Made by a program: the position numbers and the translations under genes
From: a virus
Lineage: Duplodnaviria > Caudoviricetes
IMG/VR virus record: IMGVR_UViG_3300020043_004397
Span: 1-29,754 of that record
Length of the DNA: 29,754 nucleotides
Reading direction: 5' to 3' (one strand)
In this document: positions 26,933 to 29,754 of the stretch, piece by piece
How the letters are laid out: each line of letters opens with the position of its first letter
Numbering within the stretch: the stretch's first letter is position 1
The notes under the pieces: generated by a model
Told to the model about the DNA's origin: nothing
Databases searched by the model: none
What the model saw: only the letters and a program-made list of their open reading frames with translations

Positions 26933-27384
26933 GCAGTCGCGCAACATGGGACGAAACATGGTTCGAGGTCGCACACGTCATCAAACACCGTTCAGCGTGT
27001 GAACGCAAAAAAGTTGGAGCAGTGATAGTTGACACCAAGCGTCGCATAGTCGCAACAGGTTACAACGGACCAGCAGCAGGATTCAAAACCCAAGGCACCT
27101 GCTCAAACTACTGCCAACGGTCACAGAACGGTCCAGAAGCCTCTTACAACACCTGCCCAAGTATTCACGCAGAAGCAAACGCGCTCCTCTACGTCGACCG
27201 TTCAAGGCTCGAAGACGGCACACTCTATGTGACCACGTTTCCCTGTTTCGACTGCGCCAAGCTAATATCGAACTCTGGAATTATCAGAATCGTTGCACCA
27301 ATCACCAAAGAAGACGCACATCGCAATCCCGAAGCCGTCCTCGCCTATTTAGAAAGTTGTGGAATCCATGTCGAAGAATGTTGA
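26929..27384 (+). CDS. dCMP deaminase (ComEB-like)
   Basis: RSAC..KVGAVIV..ATGYNG, IHAEANA, PCFDC. Confidence 0.93.
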   Translation: MSSRATWDETWFEVAHVIKHRSACERKKVGAVIVDTKRRIVATGYNGPAAGFKTQGTCSNYCQRSQNGPEASYNTCPSIHAEANALLYVDRSRLEDGTLYVTTFPCFDCAKLISNSGIIRIVAPITKEDAHRNPEAVLAYLESCGIHVEEC

Positions 27385-27517
27385 ATTTGATGCCCTCGTG
27401 CTAAAACTAAGATTTGAATCAGTCAAAAATCAAATCGACGCGTTGCAGCGTGAAATTGAAGTGTGCGACGAGTTGCTGCAAGAGATGAAAACCATCATCG
27501 AAAACAAAAACGAGTAA
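27368..27517 (+). CDS. Small coiled-coil protein (49 aa)
   Basis: MSKNVEFDALVLKLRFESVKNQIDALQREIEVCDELLQEMKTIIENKNE. Confidence 0.55.
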   Translation: MSKNVEFDALVLKLRFESVKNQIDALQREIEVCDELLQEMKTIIENKNE

Positions 27518-27554
27518 TGCTGCGCAAACAGCGTGTTTCCGATAGGCTCAAAGC

Positions 27555-27779
27555 ATGAGTTTATTAAAGGGAATGACCCCAGAGGTCAAAAAACTACCAT
27601 GCGCAATCAGAACCGTCTTTGAAGCCATCGAAACAGAAGACGCAGACATTCTCCAAGCAGCAATCGCAGACGAGAACCTATGGGCAGCCGAAGCACTCGC
27701 GCGAGCACTCGGAAATCGTGGAATCAAAGTGTCAGGCAAATCAATATCAAAGCATCGTCGAAACGAATGCTCGTGTTAG
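27555..27779 (+). CDS. Small HTH/zinc-binding protein preceding phosphoesterase
   Basis: PC...LARAL..RGIKVS..SISKHRRNECSC. Confidence 0.7.
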   Translation: MSLLKGMTPEVKKLPCAIRTVFEAIETEDADILQAAIADENLWAAEALARALGNRGIKVSGKSISKHRRNECSC

Positions 27780-28927
27780 AAGGCTTAAATCCTGCACCAC
27801 GCATAGACGCACCAAAAGACTGGCGACCAGCAATCGAATTCGACGGCACTAACGGTGAAGCAATCACAGGAGGCTACCCAGCCGACGACCAACCAAACTT
27901 TGACGAGTTCCTAATCGACGCAGGGTTCGACCCAGCCGAAATAGAAATCATCGGAACCCCACGCACCAGCCGTTGGCAAGTTTATGACGGCTCATGGCGC
28001 ACCAGTTATAAATTCCGATTCGCCAAACGCTCCACAGCAATCGACCTGCCACTGCTTTACGCCGAAGCAAAAAAAACAAAACGGCAGGAAGTCAAAAAAA
28101 CAAACCCAGACACCGCACTCGTAATTGCGCTCGCTGATTTACAGGTTGGCAAAGTAGACCACCGTGGTGGGACGAAAGAACTACTGGAACGCGTGTTTGG
28201 TGTGTTTGACCGTGTTGAAGCGAAACTAAAAGCCAACCGTTACGAGCGTGTGGTGTTAGCAGACGTGGGTGACGTTGTTGAGGGGTTCTCTAACGCAGCC
28301 AATGAGCAGCAGACGTTCTCAAATGACCTGTCGCTTATGGAGCAGGTTGATTTAGCCACCACACTCCTTTGGGAACTAACTAAACGTGTAGCCAAGTATT
28401 GCCCGAACATCGTTTACGCTTCTATCGCTTCCAACCATTGCCAGTTCAGAATCAACAAGCAACAAGTAGGCAAACCAGGTCAAGACGACTGGGGTGTGAT
28501 GATTGCTAAACAAATCCATCGCCTAGCCACAGAAACAGGCTTACCTGTCAAAGTGCTAATCCCTCAACCGTCCGACGAATCCTTAGCTGTGGACGTGTTC
28601 GAAGACGGCTTCCACATACTAGGCATCTGGCACGGACACCAATCCAACCGACCAGAGCAAGTGCCAACATGGTGGCGTCAGCAAGCATTTGGTCAGCAAC
28701 CAGTCGCAGCAGCCACAGTAGGACTCACAGGACACTTTCACCACCTGCGCGTCCAAGAACTAGGACAATCACCAAACGGCGGCTCACGCTACTGGGTGCA
28801 AGCAACAACCCTCGACGGTGGCTCCAACTGGTGGCGACTAAACACAGGCGAAGACTCAACCACAGGCTTAACCGTGTTCGAACTACACCGAGGCACACAC
28901 TTCCAAGGCACAGTTCACAAGTTGTAA
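27767..28927 (+). CDS. Calcineurin-like metallophosphoesterase (Mre11/SbcD-like)
   Basis: Motifs DLQVG, DVGDVVEG, SNH, HGH, GHFHH. Confidence 0.88.
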   Translation: MLVLEGLNPAPRIDAPKDWRPAIEFDGTNGEAITGGYPADDQPNFDEFLIDAGFDPAEIEIIGTPRTSRWQVYDGSWRTSYKFRFAKRSTAIDLPLLYAEAKKTKRQEVKKTNPDTALVIALADLQVGKVDHRGGTKELLERVFGVFDRVEAKLKANRYERVVLADVGDVVEGFSNAANEQQTFSNDLSLMEQVDLATTLLWELTKRVAKYCPNIVYASIASNHCQFRINKQQVGKPGQDDWGVMIAKQIHRLATETGLPVKVLIPQPSDESLAVDVFEDGFHILGIWHGHQSNRPEQVPTWWRQQAFGQQPVAAATVGLTGHFHHLRVQELGQSPNGGSRYWVQATTLDGGSNWWRLNTGEDSTTGLTVFELHRGTHFQGTVHKL

Positions 28928-28928
28928 T

Positions 28929-28957
28929 TTGTGTTTATCAAACACCCCACATACAAT
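28929..28957 (+). promoter_or_regulatory. Promoter of ncRNA cluster
   Basis: TTGTGT-17 nt-TACAAT; predicted +1 near 28964, the first base of the first RNA stem. Confidence 0.6.
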
Positions 28958-28963
28958 TAAAGA

Positions 28964-29058
28964 GTTGAAGGTTCGAACCCCTTGAAGGAGGGACTCGAAT
29001 AGCAACGGTTCGGTGCATTGGTTTCTAGACTCACATACCCAAACCAGCAACCTTCAAC
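28964..29058 (+). ncRNA. Structured RNA A (multibranch)
   Basis: GTTGAAGGTT/AACCTTCAAC closing stem; CGAACC/GGTTCG and TGGTTT/AAACCA arms. Confidence 0.6.
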
Positions 29059-29059
29059 A

Positions 29060-29118
29060 GGGTTTCTAGGCAGGTCTACAATCCCCCAGTAGACGTAAGT
29101 TCAACTCTTACAAACCCA
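29060..29118 (+). ncRNA. tRNA-like element B (no D stem)
   Basis: GGGTTT/AAACCC-A acceptor-like stem, T arm GTAAG-TTCAACT-CTTAC, GTCTAC/GTAGAC arm with 9-nt loop. Confidence 0.65.
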
Positions 29119-29119
29119 C

Positions 29120-29156
29120 GATGCTGTGTGTCTTTTGGTCATTTCACCTCAGCATC
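29120..29156 (+). ncRNA. Hairpin RNA C with loop antisense to phage start regions
   Basis: GATGCTG/CAGCATC plus GTG/CAC; loop TCTTTTGGTCATTT. Confidence 0.55.
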
Positions 29157-29157
29157 A

Positions 29158-29213
29158 GACCAGCGCGTAGTAAGGACGCGTGAACGAAGTAGGGTTCGAC
29201 TCCCACCTGGTCA
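29158..29213 (+). ncRNA. tRNA-like element D (no anticodon arm)
   Basis: GACCAG/CTGGTC-A acceptor-like stem, D-like arm CGCGT-AGTAAGG-ACGCG, T arm GT(A)GGG-TTCGACT-CCCAC. Confidence 0.65.
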
Positions 29214-29214
29214 C

Positions 29215-29282
29215 TAGGGACAGGCACACGGAAGCCAGGCAGACAACCGTGTGAATGTGACGCACCACTAAACCTGTCCCTA
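29215..29282 (+). ncRNA. Structured RNA E
   Basis: TAGGGACAGG/CCTGTCCCTA 10-bp stem; CACACGG/CCGTGTG 7-bp arm. Confidence 0.6.
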
Positions 29283-29304
29283 ACCACCATTGAAAGGACC
29301 AACC

Positions 29305-29565
29305 ATGAAATGCACCGCACAAGACTGCACCAACGAACTACTAACCGTCGGACTATGCCGTAAGCACTACCAGACCGCTTACCGTATCCGCAAAGGCGAA
29401 ACCGCAACCACCAACGACCCAGCCATCAGCAACGCAATCACACCACGCTTCACCAAAACGTGTCACTGCGGACGCACCAGTCGCGCGCAAGGACTATGCG
29501 CCACACACTATGCTCAAAAGATGAGGGCAAAAAGAAAGAACCCAATTGCCCAACCAACTAATTAA
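29305..29565 (+). CDS. Double zinc-finger protein
   Basis: CTAQDC..GLCRKHY and CHCG..GLCATHY; GAAAGGACC RBS. Confidence 0.75.
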   Translation: MKCTAQDCTNELLTVGLCRKHYQTAYRIRKGETATTNDPAISNAITPRFTKTCHCGRTSRAQGLCATHYAQKMRAKRKNPIAQPTN

Positions 29566-29665
29566 AGACCTAATCGCCTATTACCGTGAACTCGTATCAA
29601 TAGGTGCTGACAGGGAAGCATTAGCCATCAAAGAGTTCCTACGGAGACACCATGCCAACCTATGA
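29546..29665 (+). CDS. Small hypothetical protein (39 aa)
   Basis: TTG-start ORF filling the gap between neighbours. Confidence 0.4.
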   Translation: MPNQLIKDLIAYYRELVSIGADREALAIKEFLRRHHANL

Positions 29666-29754
29666 CTACTCATGCACGTTATGTGAGAAGCAAACCGTAA
29701 CCGTATCCCGTGGACTAAACGACCCAGAGCAACGACCAATCTGTATCACCTGCG
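29652..29754 (+). CDS. FmdB-family zinc-ribbon protein, 3'-truncated
   Basis: MPTYDYSCTLC...PICITC; GGAG RBS. Confidence 0.8.
   Translation, partial: MPTYDYSCTLCEKQTVTVSRGLNDPEQRPICITC

Noticed and set aside
28974-28990. RNA A segment CCCTTGA as antisense to the TCAAGGG cassette junctions
   Set aside because: Only 7 nt and partly paired within the fold; too weak to claim.
29060-29213. Canonical tRNA genes
   Set aside because: 6-bp acceptor stems, missing D or anticodon arm, no 7-nt anticodon loop; kept only as tRNA-like elements.
29215-29282. Hammerhead or HDV/theta ribozyme after the tRNA-like element
   Set aside because: No CUGANGA/GAAA core and no HDV P3/L3 nested pseudoknot that I could build.
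1-29754. Stop-codon reassignment
   Set aside because: Genes are intact in code 11 and TAA, TAG and TGA all serve as stops.

Overview
Most of the genome of a small (~30 kb, ~50% GC) HK97-fold siphovirus with a probable actinobacterial host (WhiB, actinobacterial-type MetK, apparent leaderless TANNNT promoters; a freshwater Microbacteriaceae-like host is my inference). Gene order: truncated metK, zinc-finger protein, ParB-DNA methyltransferase, TerS/TerL, portal, protease, major capsid, glycosyltransferase, neck/tail genes (with a -1 frameshift chaperone), tape measure, AT-rich tail tip, M23 endolysin/holin, WhiB, YqaJ recombination module, initiator with iterons, SSB, RusA, small-gene arrays, dCMP deaminase, metallophosphoesterase, a non-coding RNA cluster and zinc-finger/FmdB genes. 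No integrase or repressor is visible. Bases 1-119 are an exact inverted copy of 3674-3792, probably a chimera. The most unusual feature is 28964-29282: five abutting structured RNAs behind one promoter, in which two truncated tRNA-like elements alternate with hairpin RNAs. One hairpin loop is antisense to the start regions of several putative early genes, which themselves share promoter and start-associated motifs. All calls are by-eye motif recognition; no searches were run.
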